Positions 24,953 through 32,000 of a DNA stretch of 32,000 nt are shown here, one piece after another (the first letter of the stretch is position 1; every line of letters begins with the position of its first letter). The position numbers were made by a program, and so were the translations under genes. The DNA is from Bdellovibrionales bacterium (GTDB taxonomy: Bacteria; Bdellovibrionota; UBA1018; JADZFF01). Location: assembly GCA_020850015.1 (NCBI GenBank), contig JADZFF010000033.1, forward strand, positions 1 through 32,000, written 5' to 3'. A model generated the notes under the pieces. The model had not been told where the DNA came from. It saw only the letters and a program-made list of their open reading frames with translations, and did not search any database.

Positions 24953-26944
24953 GTGAAGCACCGTCGGGCATTTTTTTGGACCGCGTTCGCCGCAGCTTTC
25001 ATCGGCTCCGTTCATTCGCAAGAGGCGTTGGCACGCGCCGGCGCCCGGCTTCGGCCCCATGCCTCCGCGCCCGCAGTGGAGCGCTGGATCTCGGGCCCCT
25101 TTCTGCTGCGCCTTCCCGCGCAACTTCGCCGGGCCGTCCAGAACGTGAAGGTCCAGGTGGGCGACTTCCGCGAGAGCGGAAACCCGCGCTGCGCGCGATG
25201 GGAGGAAGGCGGTCGGACCCTCCAGGTGAACGCGGCCTGCGCGGGTGCCGAGGACTTGAGTTGGTTCGCCAGTGCGGCCGGCGCGGAAGGGCAGCCCGCG
25301 CCCACGCGGCTCCAGGGCAGACTGGTGCAGGCCGCCGTGGAGGCCTGGGGGCGCACCGCCCCCCGATTCCGCGATCGGGCGGCGCGTCGGGAGGTCTCCG
25401 ATCAGGATTTCTTCCAGTCCCCCATCACCTTGGGCGTGAACATCGATCAGCATCCGGACGCTGTGTTTCTCGATTTCTGGTACCGCGCCACCTGGGCGGT
25501 GCTCACCGACCCGCAGGTCCATCTGAAGCATCCGGGCCTGACGCGATATCTGATGAACGGTTTCCTGGAGTGGGGCGAGCTTCGCCAGGCCGAGCGCGTG
25601 GATCTCGATGCCCTCGCGGCGCAGGAGGCGGCTGAGTCCGGCACCCGGGGCCGCGTGCGCCACCTTGTCGATCCGGCCGAGGCCCTTTACGCCCGTATGG
25701 ACCTCATCCGCCAGGCCCGCAAGACGATCCACACCGGGTACTTCACCGTCTGGAACAACGACGTCTTCGGCCGCCAGTTCCTGGGGCTCCTTCTCCAGAA
25801 AGCCCGCGCGGGCGTGAAGGTGAAGCTCATCGTCGACGGGCGCGGGTTCCTTCATACCCGCAACGACTGGCTCCAGGAGCTCGTGGAAGCCGGCGCCGAG
25901 GTGAAGGTGTGGAACCCGGTGCTCAACTCGCGCCTCTCCATCCTGGGCTCGCTCGTGGCCTATCACGACAAGATCCTGCTCGTGGACGGCAAGTCCTTCA
26001 TCACCGGCGGCCGCAACATCGGCGATCGCTACTTCCTCCGCCAAGGCGAGAAGGACGGGCGCGTGTTCTGGGACACGGACGTGGCCGTGGAATTCGATCG
26101 TATGCCGATCGCGCTTCTCCAAGCCTTCAACTCGGAGTTCTACGCCGGGGTGGCGAAATCCGTTCCGAAGGAGATGTTCGGCAACTGGCGCTCGCGCGAG
26201 CCCGAGATGATGCGTGCCATCCGCGCGCTCGACGACCGCGTGGCGAACGAGACGCTTTCGCCCGAGACCCTGCGCTGGCACCCCGAGGTGGACCGCATGA
26301 AGAGCCTGGTGGGCAAGCCCGCCTATACGCTCTGGACCTCGGATGAGCAGGTGCCCGTGCGCGTGCTCGATAACTTCACCCGATTCGGCGCTCAGAAGCA
26401 GCTCTCGAACGAGCTCTTCCGGATGATGGACGAGGCCGAGAGCGAGATCCTGATCCAGAACCCCTACCTGGTGCTCACGCCCGAATGCGGCGACCGCCTG
26501 GAGGCCGCGGCCCGCCGGGGCGTGAAGGTGCGCTTCAGCGTGACCTCGCCCACAAGCACGGACAGCTTTCTCACCCAGAGCGTGCTGACCTTCGAGTGGC
26601 AGAAGATCGCGGCGAAGGTGCCGGGTTCGGAGATCCACGCCGCGCTGGGGCCCGAGCAGCTCCACGCGAAGATCTTCGTGTTCGACCGCAAGGTGGCGGT
26701 GGTGGGCAGCTACAACATGGACGCCATGTCGCAGGACCGCAACTCGGAGATCGCGCTCGAGGTGAATTCGCCCGCCTACGCAGGCGAGGTGGCCGCCGAG
26801 ATCGACCGCTTCATCCGCGAGCAGAGCGTGCATTTTGATCCCGTCACGGGCAAGGGGCCCGAGCAGATCCCGAACAGCGACGAGGAGATCGAGCGCCTGG
26901 AGTTCTACTACTCCATCGCGCGTTGGGTGCGTCCGCTGCTATGA
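24953..26944 (+). CDS. Phospholipase D/cardiolipin synthase-like protein with signal-like N terminus (PLD copy 4)
   Basis: HDKILLVDGKSFITGGRN (25964-25987) and HAKIFVFDRKVAVVGSYN (26663-26686); GTG start, N terminus MKHRRAFFWTAFAAAFIGSVHSQEALA. Confidence 0.93.
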   Translation: MKHRRAFFWTAFAAAFIGSVHSQEALARAGARLRPHASAPAVERWISGPFLLRLPAQLRRAVQNVKVQVGDFRESGNPRCARWEEGGRTLQVNAACAGAEDLSWFASAAGAEGQPAPTRLQGRLVQAAVEAWGRTAPRFRDRAARREVSDQDFFQSPITLGVNIDQHPDAVFLDFWYRATWAVLTDPQVHLKHPGLTRYLMNGFLEWGELRQAERVDLDALAAQEAAESGTRGRVRHLVDPAEALYARMDLIRQARKTIHTGYFTVWNNDVFGRQFLGLLLQKARAGVKVKLIVDGRGFLHTRNDWLQELVEAGAEVKVWNPVLNSRLSILGSLVAYHDKILLVDGKSFITGGRNIGDRYFLRQGEKDGRVFWDTDVAVEFDRMPIALLQAFNSEFYAGVAKSVPKEMFGNWRSREPEMMRAIRALDDRVANETLSPETLRWHPEVDRMKSLVGKPAYTLWTSDEQVPVRVLDNFTRFGAQKQLSNELFRMMDEAESEILIQNPYLVLTPECGDRLEAAARRGVKVRFSVTSPTSTDSFLTQSVLTFEWQKIAAKVPGSEIHAALGPEQLHAKIFVFDRKVAVVGSYNMDAMSQDRNSEIALEVNSPAYAGEVAAEIDRFIREQSVHFDPVTGKGPEQIPNSDEEIERLEFYYSIARWVRPLL

Positions 26945-26951
26945 TGGCGAG

Positions 26952-27773
26952 GTGAACCCCGCCTCCGCTCCCATCGGCGTTTTCGACTCCGGCCTCGGCG
27001 GCCTGACAGTGCTCAAGGCGCTCCTCGACCGTCTTCCGGACGAGCGCTTCGTCTACGTGGGCGACACCGCGCGTCTGCCCTACGGCACGAAGTCGCGCTC
27101 CACGATCCGGCGCTACCTCCAGCAGAACGTGGAGTTCCTGCTCAAGAGAGGGGTGAAGGCGATCGTGGTCGCCTGCAATTCAGCGTCCTCCGCCCTGGAG
27201 CCGGGCGACTCCTGGAGCGTGCCCCTCTACGAGGTCATCGGCCCAGGCTCGCGATCCGCGCTCGCGGTCACGAAGAACCGGAGGGTAGCGGTGCTCGCCA
27301 CGCGCGCGACGGTGGCGGGTGGAGCGTACCCAAGCAAGCTGCAGGAGCTGTCTCCGGGCCTGACGGTATTCCAGGAGGCCTGCCCGCTGCTCGTGCCCAT
27401 CGTGGAAGAGGGCATGGAGGCTGATCCTCTTGCGCGCGAGCTCGTGAGGCGCCACTCCAGCGTGGTCGTGGACCAGGCCGCCGACACGGTGATCCTGGGC
27501 TGCACGCATTACCCAGTGCTCGGGGAGGTTTTCCGCCGCATGCTCGGCGACGCCGTGACGATCGTGGATTCCTCTCGGACGCTCGCGGATGAGCTACAGG
27601 GCGATTTGCGCTCGGGTCGGGTCGCAGCGGCCGCGGACGGCCGGGTTGGGGCGGGCGCGAGCCCCCGGGTGGAGCTGCTGGTCACGGACCTCGGCCCCAG
27701 GGCGGACGAACTTGCCGCTCGTTTTTTGGCGCCCCACGGCGCCGAGCCTGCCCGCCTCGTGGACTTGGGCTAG
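26952..27773 (+). CDS. murI: Glutamate racemase
   Basis: IGVFDSGLGGLTVLKAL, VGDTARLPYGTKS, catalytic-Cys contexts VVACNSASS and LGCTHYPVL; GTG 26952 chosen, 7 nt after the PLD copy 4 stop. Confidence 0.95.
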   Translation: MNPASAPIGVFDSGLGGLTVLKALLDRLPDERFVYVGDTARLPYGTKSRSTIRRYLQQNVEFLLKRGVKAIVVACNSASSALEPGDSWSVPLYEVIGPGSRSALAVTKNRRVAVLATRATVAGGAYPSKLQELSPGLTVFQEACPLLVPIVEEGMEADPLARELVRRHSSVVVDQAADTVILGCTHYPVLGEVFRRMLGDAVTIVDSSRTLADELQGDLRSGRVAAAADGRVGAGASPRVELLVTDLGPRADELAARFLAPHGAEPARLVDLG

Positions 27774-27795
27774 ACCCGGCCCTATTCTAAAAGGG

Positions 27796-28359
27796 ATGCT
27801 GCAAGGCTGTGTTTTCTTACGCCTGCTCGCGGCCCTGGCGGTGGCGTTCGCTTGCGTGGCGCCCGCGGGTCCGGCCCTCGCCGCCGCGGGCAAGGGTTTC
27901 CTGGGGGTGCAGGGCGGGATCGCCATGCCCACCAATGCCAGCGCGGTCTTCGCCTTCGGTTTGAACGGCCTTTGGCAGAGATCGCCACGCTACGGCATCG
28001 GGGCCTTCCTGCTCATGTACGGCGCGCGCCTGGAAAGCAGCACCGAGGCGGGGCAGGTGATCTCGGATTACTCGGTGTCCCTCTGGGGCGTCGAGGCGAA
28101 CTACTTTTTCGGGGGTGGGCTGCGCGGCGGCGCGAGGCTCGGAATCATGAACTCTTCTGGCGACTACAGCGCGAGCGACGCTTCCTCGGAGATCAACATC
28201 GCGGAGAACCAGGATCCGCTGTTCCTCATGCCGCTCGTGGCCTACGACTACCGCTTCGGGAAGGTCTCGATCGGCGGCGAGATGGGCTACTTCCTGGGCA
28301 TGGGCTCGGGCGCGCCGTCCGGGTTCCTCTTCATGATCGCGCCGAAGTTCTGGTTCTGA
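27796..28359 (+). CDS. Small outer-membrane beta-barrel-like protein
   Basis: ATG 27796; signal peptide LRLLAALAVAFACVAPAGPALA; glycine/aromatic alternation; C-terminal FMIAPKFWF. Confidence 0.75.
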   Translation: MLQGCVFLRLLAALAVAFACVAPAGPALAAAGKGFLGVQGGIAMPTNASAVFAFGLNGLWQRSPRYGIGAFLLMYGARLESSTEAGQVISDYSVSLWGVEANYFFGGGLRGGARLGIMNSSGDYSASDASSEINIAENQDPLFLMPLVAYDYRFGKVSIGGEMGYFLGMGSGAPSGFLFMIAPKFWF

Positions 28360-28364
28360 GGGCG

Positions 28365-28565
28365 GGAGTCCTGGCGCTCTTGCTACCGGCTTCATCTCCC
28401 TAATCTCGCTTGGGGTCAGGCGGAACAGGCCTCCTGCCTTCGACGCGTCCCCTCGCCTGGGGGCTCGGGGCTCGCCGCGCCTTCGCGCGGCGGCCTTCCT
28501 GGCCGCAGTGTCCGCTGACCCCAAGCGAGATCAGGGAGCGCCGGCAGCAAGAGCGCCAGGACTCC
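28365..28565. repeat. Long imperfect inverted repeat with nested GC hairpin between convergent genes
   Basis: Arms 28365-28424 and 28511-28565 share 52 complementary positions (uninterrupted runs of 20 and 17); the loop contains CGCCGCGC-CTTC-GCGCGGCG (28473-28492). Confidence 0.85.
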
Positions 28566-28663
28566 AGCCGGCACCGAGAATTTCTCCCGGCTCTCGAGAC
28601 CTCAGTGCGACGACCGTCCCACCTTACCCTTCATCCCTCCGGGAGACAGATCCCGAGTCGCGC

Positions 28664-31519
28664 TCAGAGCCCGGTCACGGGCGCGAGCCATACGCCGCCC
28701 TGGCCGGCGCCGGCGTGGGTGAAGCTCAGGGCGCCGTCGTCCCAGTGGTCGTCGGCGGCGAGCCACTCGGCGGCGTGCGCGCGGAGGCTTCCCACGGGCC
28801 GAGGATCGAAGGCGAAAGGCGTGCGCGACCGGTAGAGCACGGTGAGATCCCAGCTCTCGGGGTAGCTCGTCACGCTGAGATAGTAGAATCCGTTGCGGCG
28901 GAACACGAAGGGCGACTCCGTGTGCCCGGAGTTGAACATCTGGGGGTGGTCGTTCAGCGTGAGCGCCATGCGGGGCTCGGACCAGCTCAGGCCGTCGCGC
29001 GACACACGCACGGCCACTCCGCTTCGGCGTCCGCTCACGGAGTCGCAGCGCGTGTAGTACATGGCCAGAACGTCGCCGAGTGGCAAGATCATCGGGTCGC
29101 GGGCCACGCAGAGGTCTTCGAAGAGAGGTGCCTCGGGCGCGCGCTCCCAGACCACCCCCCAGCCGGGGCCCTCGACGGGGCGGGAGACGGCGCGCTGCAT
29201 GCGCGCGCGGTCGTTTCCGGCCGGGTGCCCACCGTGGAAGAACATCTCCATCAGGCCGCCGCGCAGGATCACGTGCGGCGCCCAGAGATTCGTTTCGCCG
29301 TTCGCGGCGTCAGCGGAGAGCGCGATGCCGTTGGCATGAGTGGAGAGCCGGAAGGCGCCCGCGTTCCAGTTCGTCGGGTCGGCCGGGAGCTCGTCGGCCG
29401 CTGCGTGCACGAACTCCTTTTCGTCATAGGGCGTGAAGGGTTCCGCGCGGAAGATGCCGTAGAGGTGCCAGCGGCCGTCGGGGTCGCGCACCAGGCTGTG
29501 GTCGTTCACGTAGGTGCGGTAGGGGCGCGCGCCATCGGTGGGGAAGATCAACCGTCGCGCACCCGCGACCGGCTCGGGCAGCCCGGTGCTCGTTGAGTAG
29601 TAGGCGGCCTCGTAGCGGCCTTCGGAGAAGGGCGCGGGGCTCGCCGTGGCGTCCACCTGAAGGCGGAGGGTTCCGCCCTGGCAGTCGTCGGCTCTGAGCG
29701 TAAGCCACACGGCGTCTTCGGCACGCCTGCGGTGCGGGTTGGCGTAGGCCTCATGAAATCGGCCGAGCTCACGCCCGTGCACGCCAACGCGGATCACCGC
29801 TTCCTGGCCGCCTTCGCGGGCGTCGTACTCGCGGGTGAGCAGGAGCCCGTCGGCCGAGCCGCGCCCATCGGCGGCCTGCGGGCAGCGAAACGCGATCTCG
29901 CGCGAGTCGCGGCGCATGCGCGCGCGGAAAGGGGCGGGCTGTAGCCCCGCCTCGGCGTCCCAGGCCGACACTCGCTCCAGCGTGTCGGCGGGCGCGAAGG
30001 TGGCGCGCTCCAGGAGTTTCACGCGGTCTTCAAAGGTGTAGCCGAGCGCGAGCGTGCGCAGCCTGAGCGGCGAGTACGCGCCGTCCGGGCCGGGTTCGAA
30101 GCCGAAACGCAGGCCCCGGCGGCTCACGATCGGGTCCATGACGTGGTGGCGATAGAGCGAGTGCTCGTAGCGCGCGCGCGCCCAGCCGTCTTCTGGATCG
30201 TTCACCACGAAGCGCGGTTGGCCCGCGAGCGGGTTGCCGTGGGCGCCTAGGAAGTACCAGCCGCCGTTGTAGTAGTCCTCCGTGCCGGTGCCGAGCTGTA
30301 CGGGGTAGCGCATGCCGTCCGTGCGGATCATCTCGTCGCCTTCGAGGTAGAGGCGGTCGCCGGGTTTTCCGTCGATGAGCTCCTGCACGAAGGAGAGCAG
30401 CTGTACGGGCTTTTCGGTCTCGGCGACCGGCAGGGTAGTGGCTTCGCCCGCGCCCTGCTGGTCGCGGTACTGCAGGAAGAGGCGCGCGCCCGTGTCGGGG
30501 AGCCGCTCCTCGCTGACCTGCGCTTCGAAGCGAAGCGCCGTCGGGAGGCCCTCGGTCGGCGTCGTGCGCGGAAGGTGCAGGAACACGAGCGCCTCGTCTC
30601 GCTGCAGGGGCAGAGGCGTGCGCGAATGCAAACGCGCCTCGGCCTCGTCGGCCGCGGTGAGGGCGCTCCGGTAGGTGGCCCAGCCGCGGTCGGCGCCGTG
30701 CCCTCCGCGGGTGCCGAGGCCGAAGAAGAACGAGGCCGGCACGGCTTTCGCCGCAAGGGTTTCGGCCGAGTCGCCCGAGCGCTCCACGGCCACCCAAAGT
30801 TCGGGCAGGCGCGAACCGCTTTCGAGATCCACCGAGAGGCGAGAGATCAGCGTCGGGCCCTGGGCCACGACGCGCGCCTCCTGAGCCGCGAGCGCGAGCG
30901 GGTAGCTCTGCGTTTCGGCGGTGGGCGTGGCTGCCACCCAGTCTTCCGCGAGGAAGCGCGTGAGCTCCTCGGCGGTGGGGCCGTGCGCGGCTCCGTCGCC
31001 TTCTCTGTAGGTGATCTGGAAGTAGTGGGGCGCGCCCTTGAAGAGCACCTTCGCCTCGCCCAAGTAGGGCACCGGGAGCTGGCTCAAGAACGCGCCCGAG
31101 CTCTCCTGCTGTCCCATCACGAGCGGCGAGCGCCAGCCCGCACGGCCTTCAAACAAGTCGAGCGGCTTGCCGCGGAACACGGTGATCCCGTCGGCGATGA
31201 TCCAAAGCTCCTGATAGTCGGTGGGCACCTGCGTCTCGGCGTTCGCCGTCATCCAGAGGCGAAGGATCCGGCCCTCGCCCTTGCCGTGGAACAGCACGCG
31301 GTAGCCGTCTTCCATCGCAAAGCCGCCGCTCTGGTTGTCGCCGTTGCCGCCGCGCGGATCGTGCGAGGTGATCGAGCGCGTGATCCAGCCGGGTTGAAAC
31401 TCCAGCGTCGTGCGGAGGATCGGGTCGAGCGCCTGGGCCTCCGAGGCGCCCAGAGTAGAAAGAAGGATGACGCAAAGCGCAACAAGCGGACGCCACACCA
31501 GGGAAATGCATGATGACAT
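28664..31519 (-). CDS. Secreted DUF2961/GH172-like protein with putative C-terminal GH43/GH32-like five-bladed propeller
   Basis: ATG 31519, signal peptide SLVWRPLVALCVILLSTLGASEAQA; N-terminal EDGYRVLFHGKGEGRILRLWMT and LGTGTEDYYNGGWYF (30245-30286) as in DUF2961; C-terminal VRDPDGRWHLYG, VARDPMILPLGD, TESPFVFRRNGFYYL. Confidence 0.8.
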   Translation of the reverse strand: MSSCISLVWRPLVALCVILLSTLGASEAQALDPILRTTLEFQPGWITRSITSHDPRGGNGDNQSGGFAMEDGYRVLFHGKGEGRILRLWMTANAETQVPTDYQELWIIADGITVFRGKPLDLFEGRAGWRSPLVMGQQESSGAFLSQLPVPYLGEAKVLFKGAPHYFQITYREGDGAAHGPTAEELTRFLAEDWVAATPTAETQSYPLALAAQEARVVAQGPTLISRLSVDLESGSRLPELWVAVERSGDSAETLAAKAVPASFFFGLGTRGGHGADRGWATYRSALTAADEAEARLHSRTPLPLQRDEALVFLHLPRTTPTEGLPTALRFEAQVSEERLPDTGARLFLQYRDQQGAGEATTLPVAETEKPVQLLSFVQELIDGKPGDRLYLEGDEMIRTDGMRYPVQLGTGTEDYYNGGWYFLGAHGNPLAGQPRFVVNDPEDGWARARYEHSLYRHHVMDPIVSRRGLRFGFEPGPDGAYSPLRLRTLALGYTFEDRVKLLERATFAPADTLERVSAWDAEAGLQPAPFRARMRRDSREIAFRCPQAADGRGSADGLLLTREYDAREGGQEAVIRVGVHGRELGRFHEAYANPHRRRAEDAVWLTLRADDCQGGTLRLQVDATASPAPFSEGRYEAAYYSTSTGLPEPVAGARRLIFPTDGARPYRTYVNDHSLVRDPDGRWHLYGIFRAEPFTPYDEKEFVHAAADELPADPTNWNAGAFRLSTHANGIALSADAANGETNLWAPHVILRGGLMEMFFHGGHPAGNDRARMQRAVSRPVEGPGWGVVWERAPEAPLFEDLCVARDPMILPLGDVLAMYYTRCDSVSGRRSGVAVRVSRDGLSWSEPRMALTLNDHPQMFNSGHTESPFVFRRNGFYYLSVTSYPESWDLTVLYRSRTPFAFDPRPVGSLRAHAAEWLAADDHWDDGALSFTHAGAGQGGVWLAPVTGL

Positions 31520-31574
31520 GCCTCGGCTGTTAACCCAGGGACTCGAAGCTGAAAAGGCGCGCCGCCGGCGGGGC

Positions 31575-31640
31575 GTTACAATCTGTTTCAAATTGGCCTC
31601 AGATCCCCCCGTTTGACCTCGTTTTGAAACAATCTGTAAC
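31575..31640. promoter_or_regulatory. Candidate operator dyad in divergent intergenic region
   Basis: GTTACA-ATC-TGTTTCAAA (31575-31592) faces TTTGAAACA-ATC-TGTAAC (31623-31640); both outer 6-mer and inner 9-mer segments are perfectly complementary. Confidence 0.5.
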
Positions 31641-31671
31641 TCCCCTGGCGGTGATGTGATAGCCGCGGGCC

Positions 31672-32000
31672 ATGGGGATCCGGTGGCGAGCCTGGGTGGG
31701 AATCGTAGTGGCGGCGCTACTGGCCGCGGTGTCGACGCTGGGGGCGGAAGCGGCCCTCCCGCGCCTGCCGCTACCGCTCGTGAGGCAGGCCAATACCTGG
31801 AGCTGCGGTGCCGCAGCACTCATGAGCGTACTGATGTACTTCGTGAAGTTCGACGGCCCCGAGACCCGCCTTTATCCGGCGCTCGGCACGAACCCGGATG
31901 AGGGCACGCATCCGCTGAAGATCGTGGAGGGCGCTCGCCGCTACGGCTTGAGCGCCCAGCTTCGCCAAGGGCTGACGCTTGAAGACCTCGAGGCCGCCCT
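31672..32000 (+). CDS. C39-family peptidase-like secreted protein (partial, runs off window)
   Basis: Own translation from ATG 31672: MGIRWRAWVGIVVAALLAAVSTLGAEAALPRLPLPLVRQANTWSCGAAALMSVLMYF...; signal-like N terminus and QxxxxSCGAAAL catalytic-Cys context. Absent from the ORF track because no stop lies in the window. Confidence 0.6.
   Translation, partial: MGIRWRAWVGIVVAALLAAVSTLGAEAALPRLPLPLVRQANTWSCGAAALMSVLMYFVKFDGPETRLYPALGTNPDEGTHPLKIVEGARRYGLSAQLRQGLTLEDLEAA

Noticed and set aside
24908-26833. 641-aa minus-strand ORF opposite PLD copy 4
   Set aside because: His/Leu/Gly-rich antisense artefact; the + strand encodes two HKD motifs.
28508-29596. 362-aa + strand ORF opposite the GH172-like gene
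   Set aside because: Antisense of a well-supported CDS, with no recognisable motif.
1-32000. Defence island, prophage, CRISPR array or integrative element
   Set aside because: No phage structural genes, recombinase, transposase, direct-repeat array or nuclease/helicase pairs seen. PLD domains occur in some defence systems, but these copies look exported, which argues against an intracellular immune role.
1-32000. tRNA or rRNA genes in intergenic gaps
   Set aside because: No cloverleaf-like or rRNA-like sequence recognised in the gaps read by eye; a tRNAscan-SE/Infernal run would be needed for a firm negative.

Overview
High-GC, gene-dense bacterial chromosomal window with no RNA genes, CRISPR arrays, integrases or transposases that I can recognise. 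Housekeeping or widespread genes are mnmA, murI, a cyclophilin-type PPIase, a 5'-nucleotidase-family metallophosphatase, a ZIP-family metal transporter, a fatty-acid-hydroxylase/sterol-desaturase family protein and a GNAT acetyltransferase. The rest is mostly uncharacterised proteins with signal peptides or beta-barrel-like sequences. The strongest unusual signal is four separate phospholipase D (PLD) superfamily genes, each encoding two H-x-K-x4-D motifs and a signal-like N terminus. Two are clear close paralogues (3134-4969, 6005-7975). Two follow distinct uncharacterised secreted or outer-membrane-like genes with gaps of about 10 bp (2266-3120 then 3134-4969; 21989-20487 then 20476-17864). 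Other signals are a 42-nt inverted repeat pair (41/42 identical) flanking 153 bp at 24083-24319, a long imperfect inverted repeat with a nested hairpin between convergent genes at 28365-28565, a two-arm dyad in a divergent promoter region at 31575-31640, an orphan MqsA/YgiT-like zinc-finger protein, and a GH172/DUF2961-like protein with a putative C-terminal GH43/32-like domain. A C39-peptidase-like ORF running off the right edge is missing from the supplied ORF track. All family calls come from motif reading; no database searches were run.
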